64,000 bases of DNA from an uncultured bacterium. Lineage in GTDB: Bacteria; Acidobacteriota; Thermoanaerobaculia; Multivoradales; J023. The stretch lies in assembly GCA_965366625.1 (NCBI GenBank), contig CBDUGP010000022.1, forward strand, positions 21,165-85,164. Reading direction: 5' to 3'. The notes beneath the pieces were generated by a model. It searched no databases. It saw only the letters and a list, made by a program, of their open reading frames with translations, and was not told the DNA's origin. Position numbers and translations under genes: made by a program. Positions within the stretch are counted from its first letter, which is position 1; every line of letters begins with the position of its first letter. Of the stretch, positions 33,801 through 45,800 are shown one piece after another.

Positions 33801-36800
33801 GTCGCTATCGACGGGATGGATCTCGAAGTAGGCCAAGGTCCGATCGTCGAGCCAGACTGCGGCAAACTCGCCATCGGCCGCGCTCACGTCTTGAACCAGG
33901 CCGGTTTCCAAGTCCACCACCTTGAGCCGCGCGCCCTCCACATAACCGCCCGGCTGGGAATAAACGAAGCGGCTACCGTCCGGCGAGAACGGTGAGGAAG
34001 ACATGCCCAGGCTGTCGTAGTCGCCGACAAATTGGGCGCCGCCCTCCACCAAGTCGATCACCAAGGGTTGGCCATAGTAGAAAGCGGCCACCAAGAATCG
34101 GCCGTCGGGGCTTTGGGCCAAGTGGGAGATGCTCGAATAAGACTGGAATAGGACGGTTTCGGCACCGCTTCTCACGTCTCGGTAAAGCACCTGGGTCCGG
34201 CCGCTGGAGTCGTCCTCACCCACTGCGAAGAGGGTTCGGCCATCGTGGCTGAAGCGCGCCGAGCTATAACCCCCACGGGTGGTGAGCTGGCGCACCGACC
34301 GATCGGCGAGATTGGCCGAGAACAAATTCCAACCGTCGTTCCAATCCAGGAACACCAAGGTTTGACCCGACGGATCCAGAGCCGCTTCGTAAGGCTCGTC
34401 ACCGAAGAAGGTCCAGGTTTCACCGCTGTCGAGATCCACCACCGAAACGCCTTCTTGACTGCCGTAGCTGTCGAAAGCGATGCGGCGCTGGTCGGCGCTG
34501 AAGGACACCGCGTTGTAGTCGAAGTCGTCCAAGGTCACGGTCGACATCGGCTGTGCGGCGGGCAGCATCAGGACACCCACGTCCAGGCCGTCCCGGAAGA
34601 GGGTGACCAAGGAACCCGGATAGGCCCGTCCACCCACGTCGGCGATCGGCACCGGCCAAATCACCGGCACTCCGGCGATCGTCGGTTCGAGCAACTCGGG
34701 AGCCGGCGGCGTGGTGCATTCGGTGGTCGCGTCGGCGACGTTCGACGGTGCGGATTCCACCTCCAGGCCGCTTTCGAGAGCCAGGGTGGTCAGGCGGTAA
34801 TGGAAGGTCGCATCAAGACCCAGGCCCGAATCCACATAGGCCAGATCCGAACTCGACGGCATGGCGATCGGCGCGAATACCGTGCCGTCGGCGCTGCGAT
34901 ACAAGCGGTAACCCAATAACACCGGCGGCAGCGGCGAGGGCGCCTGCCACTCGAGATCGATGGCGCCACAGGCACCGGCGGCCGCCAGCAGACCCGTGGG
35001 CGGGTTCGGCGGATCCGTGGACACCAGGGCAATGGCGTTCGACGGCTCGGAGAATTGTCCGAAGCGGTTGACCTCCAAGGCCGAGTATTCATGGGCCCCG
35101 GAGGCGACCCCGGAATCCACCTGGGGCGGCGCCAAGAGATCGAATCCGATCAGGCCCACTTCGGCGATCGAGCAGCTCGGGCAGTAGTAGCTGCCCGGCG
35201 GAACCGAGACCCGCACCCCCTCCACCGGCAGGTAGAGATCTAAGTAAAGGTTGGTGGAGCTGTTGTACGAGCGGTAATACCACCACAGCCAATGGCCATC
35301 CACCAAGACCTCGACGGAGAAGCGGCGGGCGTAGGACCCCCAACGCAGATTCATCTCGGTGATCAGCTTGGGATCGGCCCAAGTCCACTGCCAGACCGTG
35401 CCCGCGTCGATCGTGTCGGTGTCGGGCATCCAGGACGTGCCCGTATCGCCGTCCACCGCCCGCAACCAATCCGCGTTATCACCGCCCGAGGCGGAGAGCA
35501 CATGGCCACCGGCCCCGTCGTAGGGATAGGACGCCGGTGGGTCCATCAGCGGCGTGCCGTCACGGTCGAGGGCATAACCGAAGCTCACGGGCTCGCCGGA
35601 CTCCGTCCAATCCACGGTGACGTCGGCGCCCGCGGCGATCGCGGTCATATTCGCCGGCGGTGTGGGACGGGGGTGCGAAACCAAAACCAACTCCCGCGAC
35701 CAACGGCTGCGGTTGCCATCGGAGTCCTCACCCCGATAACGCAAAGTGTTGAAGCCTTGGCTCAGGCTGACGGTCGGGAAGGTGACGCCTTCGAATTCCG
35801 ACGCAAATGCAGCCAGGGTCTGCCAGGTATCCGGCGCGACGAACCGCTGCAGCTCGATGGACTCGAAATAACGCTCCGAATAGCCGTTCAAGCTGCGACC
35901 CGGCGACTCGGAGATCGGGTCGACGAAATCGAAGGTCGGCGTCATCACCACGCCGTTGCGCCACGGCGACGCCGCAGACTCGTTGTCGCCCTCGTCGATG
36001 GCGGTCACTTGGTAGTTGTAATAACCGTCGGCCAAGCCCAGGTCGTCATAGGTCAGCTGGGTCAGCGGCAAGGCCGTCGGGGTCAGCAAATCGCCGCCTC
36101 GGTAGACCAAATAACCCGCTAAGTCGCCATGGGTATCGGGCACCGCGGTCCAGGTGAGGTGAATGTCCCCACCGTCGACCCGCACGGTCAGCTCCGCCGG
36201 GGACGGCGGTGCCAAATCGATTTCCGTCAGCGAAATGCTCTCCGGCGCGGGATCGGGTCCAAGGGCATCGGACGCCACCGCACGCAGGTGGTAAAGGCCC
36301 GAGGTGGCCGGCGCAAAGTCCATGACGTAAGGCCGACGGCTGAGCGCGGGTCCGAGGGGCAACCAATCGGTGGTGCCGTCGGCTTGGACCTCAAATTGCA
36401 CCGATTCGACGTCGAGATCCGGGGTTTCGGCGGTCAACAGCACCGATTCCTCGAATTCCGTGCCGTCCGGCGGATCGATGATGATCGCGTGGGGGCGACG
36501 GGTATCGATGGTGATCGGATCCGACTCGTTGGACGCCGCGGACTCGTTGTCCGCAGTGTCCGCCGCAGTGACGAAATAAACGTAGGTGCCGTCGGGCAGA
36601 TCTTGGTCGTCGTAGGCGGTGCCGTCGATCAAGAACGGCTCCTGGCTGCCCACCACCGGGCCGGGGGCGTTGGCCAACAGGCTGTTGCGATAGAGGTAAT
36701 AACCCGCCAGATCCGCCGGCGCCGGATCGAGCATCCACTCCACGTGGATGTCGTCGGTGACGCCGTCACCACCGAGGATGGTGGCCGCAGCGAAGGTGAG

Positions 36801-39800
36801 CACCGGAGCCACGGGGGCCTCGTTGTCCACCTCGACGTTGATTTGGGCCGTGGCCCGATTGCCGAAGATGTCGTCCACCTCGAGCTTCAGGTCGTAGAAG
36901 CCGTTGGGGAATTGGGGCAAGGCCGTATCCCACTGGCCGAGCTCGTCCGCCAACACCGACGCCGAACCCGAATTGAGGGGTTGCCAGGCACCGGCCGGCG
37001 CCGAACGTACCCACAGGCGCCACACCGACAAGCCGGTATCGCGATGGGCGGTGCCGAAGATCTGCACCAGATCCGAGATTCGATCGCCATCGCTCGGCAC
37101 GCTGATGTGGGCCACCGGCAGATTCAAGTTGATGGTCGCGGTCAGCGCATTCGAAGGATCGCTTTCGGTGCCGTTGGCCACCAACGCGGTCACGGTATAA
37201 ACGTAGGAGCCGTCCGCCAACGCCGGATCCACCAGGGTGGTGCCGACGATCGGACCGGCGATCTCTTCACCGTCGCGATAAACCAGGTAGGCCGAAGGCG
37301 CCGGGCCGGCCCCCGCTTGCCACACTAGGGTGACATCGCGAACGTTGGGCTCCGCCGACAGCAGAATCGGCGGTTGGGGCGGGGCCACCGACACGGTCAC
37401 CGACACCGAGGTTTCCGACCGGTTGCCCGCCCGATCCTCGGCCTCCAATTCGAGGCGATACTCGCCGTCCACCGGCAGGGCCGTCCACGGGGCCAGAAGC
37501 CCGGCTTCGTTGGCGGCGCCGGCGGCGATCGGCGGTAGCAAGTCGCCACCCTCGGGTTTCAGGTTCAACACCCAGCTGAGCATGTTGGCGTCGTCCACGG
37601 CGCCCAAGACATCCGTATCGTCGGCGATCACCGCGCCGTCGAGCGGCAGGTCGATCGACACGTCGGGCGGCGTATTGTCGACGGTGAAGATCCGACGCAC
37701 CTCCGCGGTGCGTCCCGGTTCGTCGGTGGCCGACAAACGCAGGGTGTAGGGGCCATCGTCCAAGCCGGAGGCATCCCAATCGAAGCTCACCAAGCCGTCG
37801 GCCGGCAAGAGGTTGTCTTCGGCCAAGGTCATGAAGTCGCCGTCGTCGGGCATCGCGCCCGGGGCATAGCTCCAGACGTAGGAAACCAAGTGGTCCTCGA
37901 TGACCTCGCCTTCGAGGCCCAGGGATTCGTTGATCGTATTGATCACCGCGCCGCCCTGAGGTTTGAAGATCTGCACCGCCGGCGCCGTATTGTCGATGGT
38001 GAAGATCACCGACTTTTGGGCCGAATTGCCGGCCGCGTCCACGGCGCTAAAGGTCGACAAATACTCACCGTCGGCACGATTCGTCAGCTCATCGAGCACC
38101 CGGCTTTCGAATACCCCCGAGCCCGTGGCGATCGGCTCACGATCGCTTTCCAAGCTTTGGAGATCGAGATTCCAGGTGTCCGGGTGCAGCTCGTCCTGGG
38201 AGCCCACCACTTGCAGCGGCAGACCCGACAAGGAATTCGGCCGCGGGCTGATGACTTCGAGCGCAGGCGGCACGGTATCGACGATGATCGATAGGCGCTC
38301 TTCCTCCGACTCCAGGGTCGGCGGCACCAGCGGATCCTCCGCCAGGATCACCAAGGTGTAATCGCCGTCGGCGACCACCGCAAAGGCGTCCGAGATGCCG
38401 TCCCACAGCGCGTGGATGCCGTCACCCACGGTGGCCGCGCCGGCTTGCAGCTCGCCGTCGGTCAGGGTAGCGACCACCAGATCGTCACCGTCGACCACGG
38501 TCAGGGTGATCAGGGCGTCCTGGATCAGCTCGTATTCGATCTCCACCTCGTCGAGCACGCCGTCGACATTGGGCGAGAAGAGTTCGGGCTCGCGCATGAA
38601 CCGGCGGATGAAGTTGCGCGGTCTCAGGGTCACCGGAATCTCAGAGCTCCAGGCCTCATTGCCCGGCTCGTCAAAGGCATAGACCCGCACCAGATATTCA
38701 CCCGGGGGATGGCTACCTGTGTTCCAGGTGCCTAAACCTTGTTCGGGTCCCGGCACCTCACGACTGCTGCCGGCCACCGGCTGCCAATCCCCGGCGCCGT
38801 CCAACCACAGGACCTGGAGCTCGAAGCGCTGGAAGTTCTTGTCGGTCACGCTGCCGAAGAATTCCAGGCTCGAGCCCACCAGCTCACCGCCCTCCGGCGA
38901 GCTCAGGGTCACGGCCGGTGGAGTTTTGTCGAGCTCGAAGGGCAGGCTCTCGGTCTGCTCAGCGCCACAGGGGGAACGGGCGGTGACCGCCGCCCGATAG
39001 ATGCCGTCGGCAACGTCCAAACCGCCTAGATCCGTGCCGTCCCAGGCAAAGAGCAGCTCTTCAACGCCGTCGGTACCGCCAGGCGGATAGGACTTCAGCA
39101 CCGTGCCGGCGGTGTCGGTGACCTGCACTTCGTAGGTTCCGGGGGTGCCGGTGGTGAAGCCGATCTCAGCGACGATCGGTCGACCCAGGCCGTTCACCGG
39201 CGAGAAGATCTCCGGATCCACAACCATAGCGATATTGGGCAAGTCCGGGATGATCACCGGAATGCTGGTGCACGACGCGTTGCCCGCTTGGTCCACCAGG
39301 CGAGCGGCGAGGTCGAAGGCACCGCTGCTCAGCTCATCGCGCTCGATTTCAAAGCCGGTGGCACTGGAATAGGGCGAGCAGAAATGGTCGCTATCGACAA
39401 GGCGCTCACCTAGGAAGATGCGGTGATTGGCCGAGCCCACCTCCTCCACGTCCAGGGTCACGTCGACCGTCAGGTCCGACGGACAAATCACCGATTGGGA
39501 GAGCGGCTCGGTGATCTGCGCCACCGCCGGCGTACGGTCGATTCGCACATTGAAGCTTTGGGGGCAGGTGCCCAACAGACCGGGCTGATCGACGTAGGTA
39601 TAACGCTCGGTCAGCTCGTGGTTGCCTTCTCCCAGGCTCGAGAGGTCGAGGCTCTGGCGGTAATCCCAGGACAACAGCGGCCCGTCGATCGTGACCCGTG
39701 GCACCCCGTTCACCAGCAGCTCGTAACGCTGCACGAGCGCGCCGGTCGGGTCCACGGGCACACGGCCGTCCACCGGTGAGGCCTGGCCGGTGGTCACCCA

Positions 39801-42800
39801 GTAGTTGGGGAACGCCGGTCCGGGATCACAGGGCGCCTGATCTTCTTGACCGAAGAATCCTCGGCCCAGCTGCGACGATCCGTCGGCAGCGCACGTGGCC
39901 GGGAAGTAACCGCCGAACAAGCGGCTATAACCTTCGCGATTCTGGATGCCCGTATTGAGGGAGATCGCTTCTTGACCCAGGTCGCCGGAGCCTTGGGCCC
40001 GCACCAGACGGTTGCCCAAGGGCACGAATACGCAGCCGGTGCTGACCTCCACGAAGTCGCCCGGCAGCAGGCGATCGATGACCGCGTAGCGTTGCTGCCA
40101 ATAAACATTGCCGAATTGATCGACCTCGCGGGTCGCCAGCTGGATCGAGCGCACAATGCCCGCCGACGCGTTGGTGACCCGGAACCGATCGCCGTTTTCA
40201 TCCAAACCGAGGTATTCGATCAGCAGCGGCACCTCCGGTCGGAAGAGCACGGGATCGCTGATCACCTCCACACCGCTGTCGCTGCCGGCCCGCAATCGAA
40301 CTTCGTGGGACACCATGGACAGGGTCGGATGGTTCCAATAAATCGCCGACAGACGGTCGCCCACGGTCACCGGACGGTCCGCCGTGGCGTAGGAGACGTC
40401 GGTGGTCCGGAATTGGCGATATACCGTGTCGTGGGAGACCTCGATCTCGCCCGGCTGCCAAGGTCCGGAGGGCAGGCCGGTCAGGCTGATCGGACGATAT
40501 TCCAGCCGCAGATCCGAAAGATCCGACTGCACCGTGCTCTGCAACAACAAGGTGTCGTAGAAGGAACTGAGGATTTGATCCTCACCCACCAGGAAACCGG
40601 TGGAGTCGCCGATGGCTCCCAATGGCGGTCGCTCGGGGTAGGCGCAGGGAGGATTATCCGTGCGACATCCCGGCTCGGAGTCGGTGAAGACCAGACGTTC
40701 GTCGCGGAAACCGCGAGCGGTGATGGTTTCGTTGCCGGCCATATCCCGGGCGATGATCCGCCGCTCCGAGCCCACCAATTGATGCGCCCCGACCACTCGC
40801 CAGGCGAGGTCGCCATCCTTCTCGAGGGTTTCGGTGCCCAGGGACTCCGTCGCCCACTCACCGTCGCTGTGGCGACCAAAGCTCTGATATTGCCACTCTT
40901 CGAGATTGTCGTCGCGCACCGCGGCGAACACCTCGTTGATCCACAGGTCTTGATCTGCCGGCTGCTTGTCCCCCGGGATTTCGACCGCCAGGTGGGTGTC
41001 GGCGAATCTCAACACCACCTCGGGCGGCGTATTGTCGACGATGATCGGCCAGGTGGCAGCACCGTAGGTCAGTAAATATCGACCGTCGGGCACGGGATTG
41101 CCCGCGTCGTCGTTGCCGTCCCAGGTGGTGGTTTTCGGGCCGACCACATCGGCGGCCACCGGCAGCTGTCGATAGACCACGCCGTTCGAATCGGCAATCG
41201 CAAAATCCAGATTGGCCGGGCGCAGCACCGAGTAGTGGAAGACCAGCTGATCCTTGACTCCGGGGCTGGTGCGCGGCGACATGTAGCGGTTTTCCGTGTA
41301 GAGATTGGCGATGTCGCGGTCGCCGTTCCACACCACCCGCCGCCATTTCGCACGCTCGTTGCCGGCTCGATCCCGGGCGGTCAAACGCACTCGATAGGTG
41401 CCGTTGGCGGGCGGCAGCCAGGTTCCCCACGACTCACCGAACAACAGCTCGTTGCTCGGCAGGCCGATCGGCTCGTAAACCAGCTCGGGCGCGTTCAGAT
41501 CCGCGTATTCCAAGCGGTAGTTGTCCATGTAGCGGTCGGTGGCCAGGATCCACAAATCCACCCCGGCATCGCCGAACAACACCCTCGGCTTGAGCCTCAC
41601 GGTCAGATTGGCGGCGGGGGTGAAATAGGCCAGCAGACCGTCGAGCTCGTAAGCCGTGTCGAGGTGGGCGACCAAATATTTGTCGGTGGGTGACCACACT
41701 GCCCGATCGAGATAGAAGGGCAGCTCACGGGTCTCGCCGGAGCGCCAATCAACCAAACTCTGAGGCCGGAAGCCGCCTTCACCCTTGGTGGAACCCTTGG
41801 CAGCCGCCGCTTCGGCCCAAGCCCGGTGGCGAGCCTCCACCTCGGGATCGTCGATCAGCAGGCGAGCAGGTCGGCCGAAGCGGCCGCTCGTTTCGGAATC
41901 GGCGCCCGTACCCCCGGCGCCCACGCAGCCCAGTCCCGCGTCGGCTCCACAACCGTAGTACTCCTCGCTCATCGCCACCACGAAGCCGTCGTTGGACACA
42001 CTGGTCACCGGCGGCGGCGCCCACCACGGACCTTGGGTTTCGATGCTGCCCTGTTCGAGCTGCTCGCCGTCTTGCAAGCCGATCACCAAAATATTCAGAT
42101 CACTGCCGCCATAACCGCCCTTCTGCAAACCTTGGGCGCCATCACCGAGAGCAGAAGGAATGATGCCCTTCTGGCCGGCCGTAACAGACGAGGAAGACGT
42201 AGCAGACGGGGAAGACGTGGCAGACGGACTTGAGTCCGCCCACACCACCCGGAAATTCTCGTCCGCACCTTGGCCTCGGGCTCGGCTTTGCCCTGCGCGG
42301 CCTCCCGCCCCGTAATAACCGTAACCTTCCGACGACACCCAAACGAATTGCTCGGCGTCGAAATCAGTGGCGGTGTCTGGTCCTTGGTAGAGGCTCACAC
42401 CCACGGCCGACTTCGAACCTTCGTCCGCCGTGGTCACCGAAGGAATCTCGCCGCCCCCACAACCGCCGTAGTTGTCGGTGCCTTTGACCTCCACCGTCGG
42501 CGGATCGTCCGAGCCTTCCGGTGCCAGGGAAATATCGTAGAAATAGCTTTCGCCCCAATTGACGCCCACCACCACATTGGCGCGATGGTTGTGGGTCCAA
42601 TCGATGGAATATCCGCAGGGGTTGTTGCCGCTGTAGAACCCGGCGTCGAATTCGAACGGGCTGCCCGGGTTCTCCAGATCCTGGATCATCAAACGATCCT
42701 GCCAATCGGAAGCCCATACCACCCACCGGCCGTCCGGGGACAGCCACGGGTCGAGCCCCACCTCGTCCGGCGGATCGAGAGGTTGGATGAGGTTGTCGGG

Positions 42801-45800
42801 ATACCGCACGATCGCAAACGGACCGTCACCCAAATATCCGGCCAGGAAGGTATCGCCTTGAAGGTTTGCCGACAGCAGCGGTAGGCCCACGGTGTACTCA
42901 CCGAGCTCGATCAGGTCGTCGCCGTTCCACTTCTGCAACAGGATTTCGTCGTCCGACGACGAGGTGCCGGCCGCGTGGTAGCGCTCCACCACGTAGAGTT
43001 CTTCCACCACGGCGCTGCGCACCATGCTGGTGAAATAAGAGCGCTCTTCCTCATAACCGGGAACCCGCGGGGAGATGAAACCGGTGAGCAGGAGCTGATC
43101 CAGCTCGGAGGTCACCGCAAAGAGATTGTTGTCGAGCACCACCCACGATTCGAGATCGTCGACCCGCACTTGGTACAAGCCGTCGCGCGCCAGGTTGCCG
43201 CGATCGTTGAGGCCGTCCCAAATCACGGCCTGGTCGCCGTCGTCGACGCTCAGGGTCCGGGTCAGATCACCCCGCGGCCCGAAAATGAACACCGTGTCGG
43301 CACCGTTGCGGAACGAAATGCGCGTGCTGTCGCGCACACCATCGCCGTTGGGGGAGAAAATCTGGCTCGAAATGAAGAGGTCGCCGCTTTGGATGCCGAC
43401 CGAAATGCTCGCCACGTTGTTGGCGTAGTCACCTTCGGGAAAGAGGTCCGCACGGTTGACCCGCACGGACAAGTCGAGTTCACCGCTCAAGGCGCCCGGA
43501 TTCCAATCGAGTGGCAGGGTGACCTCGCTATGGCCGTCGAGGGCGGGGATCGTCACCGAATCGAGCACCGTGCCGGAGGCGTCCAGCCATTCGAGCAGGC
43601 TGGCGGGAGACGGCTGATCCCCTGGGTTGGCCACCCGCACGTCCAAGTGCAGCGAATCGCCCACCTGAGGGAAGTCGGGCGTCAGATCGATACCGCCGCC
43701 GGTCACCGCTAGGTCCGGCAGGGTCTGGACGTCGGGCTCGACAAAGGCCTGGTTGTCCGACTCGTCGAGTTCGTCGACCTCGCCAACCCGGTCCACGAGC
43801 ACGTAAACCAAACGATCCTCGGGATCGGCGATGTACCAGGGTGAGGTGAGGTCCACGGAGCCGCCGGCCGCCAGGCCCGCATAAGCCTGGTTGACCAACA
43901 ACACCCCGGTATCGATGGCGTCGAGCCACAGCTCGGCGCTGAACGGACCGGCATCGTTGGCGGACGGATTGTCGATGGCGACCGTGATCTGCGCGGTCTG
44001 GCCCTGGAGCGGCGGATCCGCGACAAAAGCGAAGGACTCGTCCGTGACCCGCAGATTGGCCAGCGGGCTGGCGCCCACCGCCAACATCAAAATCTGAGTA
44101 TTGTCCGCCGGATCCAAATCACCGATCACCCCTTGGGGATCCGCCACCACCGTCACCGGCAGGGTGCCACCCACGTTGGGCACCCAATCCACCCCGACCA
44201 CCACGCTCTCGCCCGGGGCCAAAGGACCATCGACCGCGAGCTGTTGGATCAAGAAGTCGGAGCCGTCGTAGGTGTAGGAAAAAGCAACCTGGAAATTGCC
44301 CAGGGTGGTGGTACCGCCATTCCAAATCTCGGCGTCGATGCGCACCAGCTCACCCACCGCCGGCGCGGGCGGGGTGGCGACCACGCCGCCGTCGCGGATC
44401 TCGAGGTCCGGTTCCAGGCGCAACACCATCTGGCGCGACGCCGAGTTGTTGAAACGATCCGCGTCCTGCAACAGACGGTCCGGATCCGCCACCACCGTCA
44501 ACAGGTAAGGACGCGCTTCGGTCAGCACCACGTCGAGGCTGAAGGGTGATTGGGAAAGGGATGCCACCGCCACGTTGGTGGAGCCCAGACGACGGTTGTC
44601 GGCCGGGTTGCCGTCGAAGACCACGAGTTCGGCGGAGCCGGCGTCGGTCAGCCCTTGGTTGTGCACGATGCCTTGGACGGTCACCGCGGTAGGCACCGCA
44701 TTGACCTGGTCGGGGGTGAGCAACAGATCCCCGTCGGTCATGGCGAGATCGATGCCTTCAGGATGGGTGCGGACGCGGAACGAAATCTCGGCGGTATCGT
44801 TGTCGCGGGTTTTCTGGCTGAGCTTGCGCAGCGGATCGATCACCAGCCGCACGATGTAGTTCCCCGGCGGCAGGTTGTCGCCCGGCACCGCGTCGTCGAT
44901 GGTGGTGAATCCCACCTCACCGAGAAACGGCAGCAGACCGGGAATCACCAACGCCAAGGTGTCGTCGGCCCGATAGATCTGCCATTCGTATTCGGTGCCG
45001 GTGCTCAGGTCCGCACCGCCGTTGCGCACGGCGGCGATCAGGTTGAAACCCTCGCCGTCGAAAGGATCCTCGGGGGTGGCGAAAACCTCGGCGGCGTCGA
45101 CGTAGGGATCCGGCAGCAGATAAGCGACGAGCGCTTTGATGGCGGCGGCGGTTTTGTAGGAACTCGACTCCCAGCTGCCGTCGGCGCTTTGGTGGGCGGC
45201 CAAAAAGTCGATCGCCCCTTGCACGAATCCTTGATCGATCGGTTGGTCGAGCACCAATTGCAGGAAGAGCGCGGTTTGGGCGGCGGTGGGATAGAGATCG
45301 CCGAAACCCCCGTCCACCCGCCGGGCCAACAACCATGCCACCCCGGATTCCACCGCGGGCTGAAGCCAAAAACCTTCCGGATCCACGACTCGGGCCGCCA
45401 AAAGGACTTCCAAAGTCACGGGCACCGAACTCGGGCTGCCCGGCTGCCAACCCCAACCGCCGTCGGCCCGCTGCTGGTCCACCAGCCACTGCCAGCCCGT
45501 TTCGGCGACCCCATCGCGACCGGTGGTGGCCAAGGCACGCACGGCTCGCGCGGTGGTCACCGCGTCGGCGGTGTAACGGGAATAAGCGGCCCAACCGCCG
45601 TCGGGCCCCTGCTCCGCTGCCGCTTCGTCGGCGAGATCTTCGATCAGATTTTGATTGTCGCTGTACAGGGCCAGGCTCTCGAGCTTGCGATAACGCAAGG
45701 CTGCGGCACCGGCGCTGCGATTGTCGAGCAGGCGGATCGCATCTTCCACCGTGTCGAAATAACCGCCCGCGCGACCCAACGCCTCCAGCGCTTCAGCGCT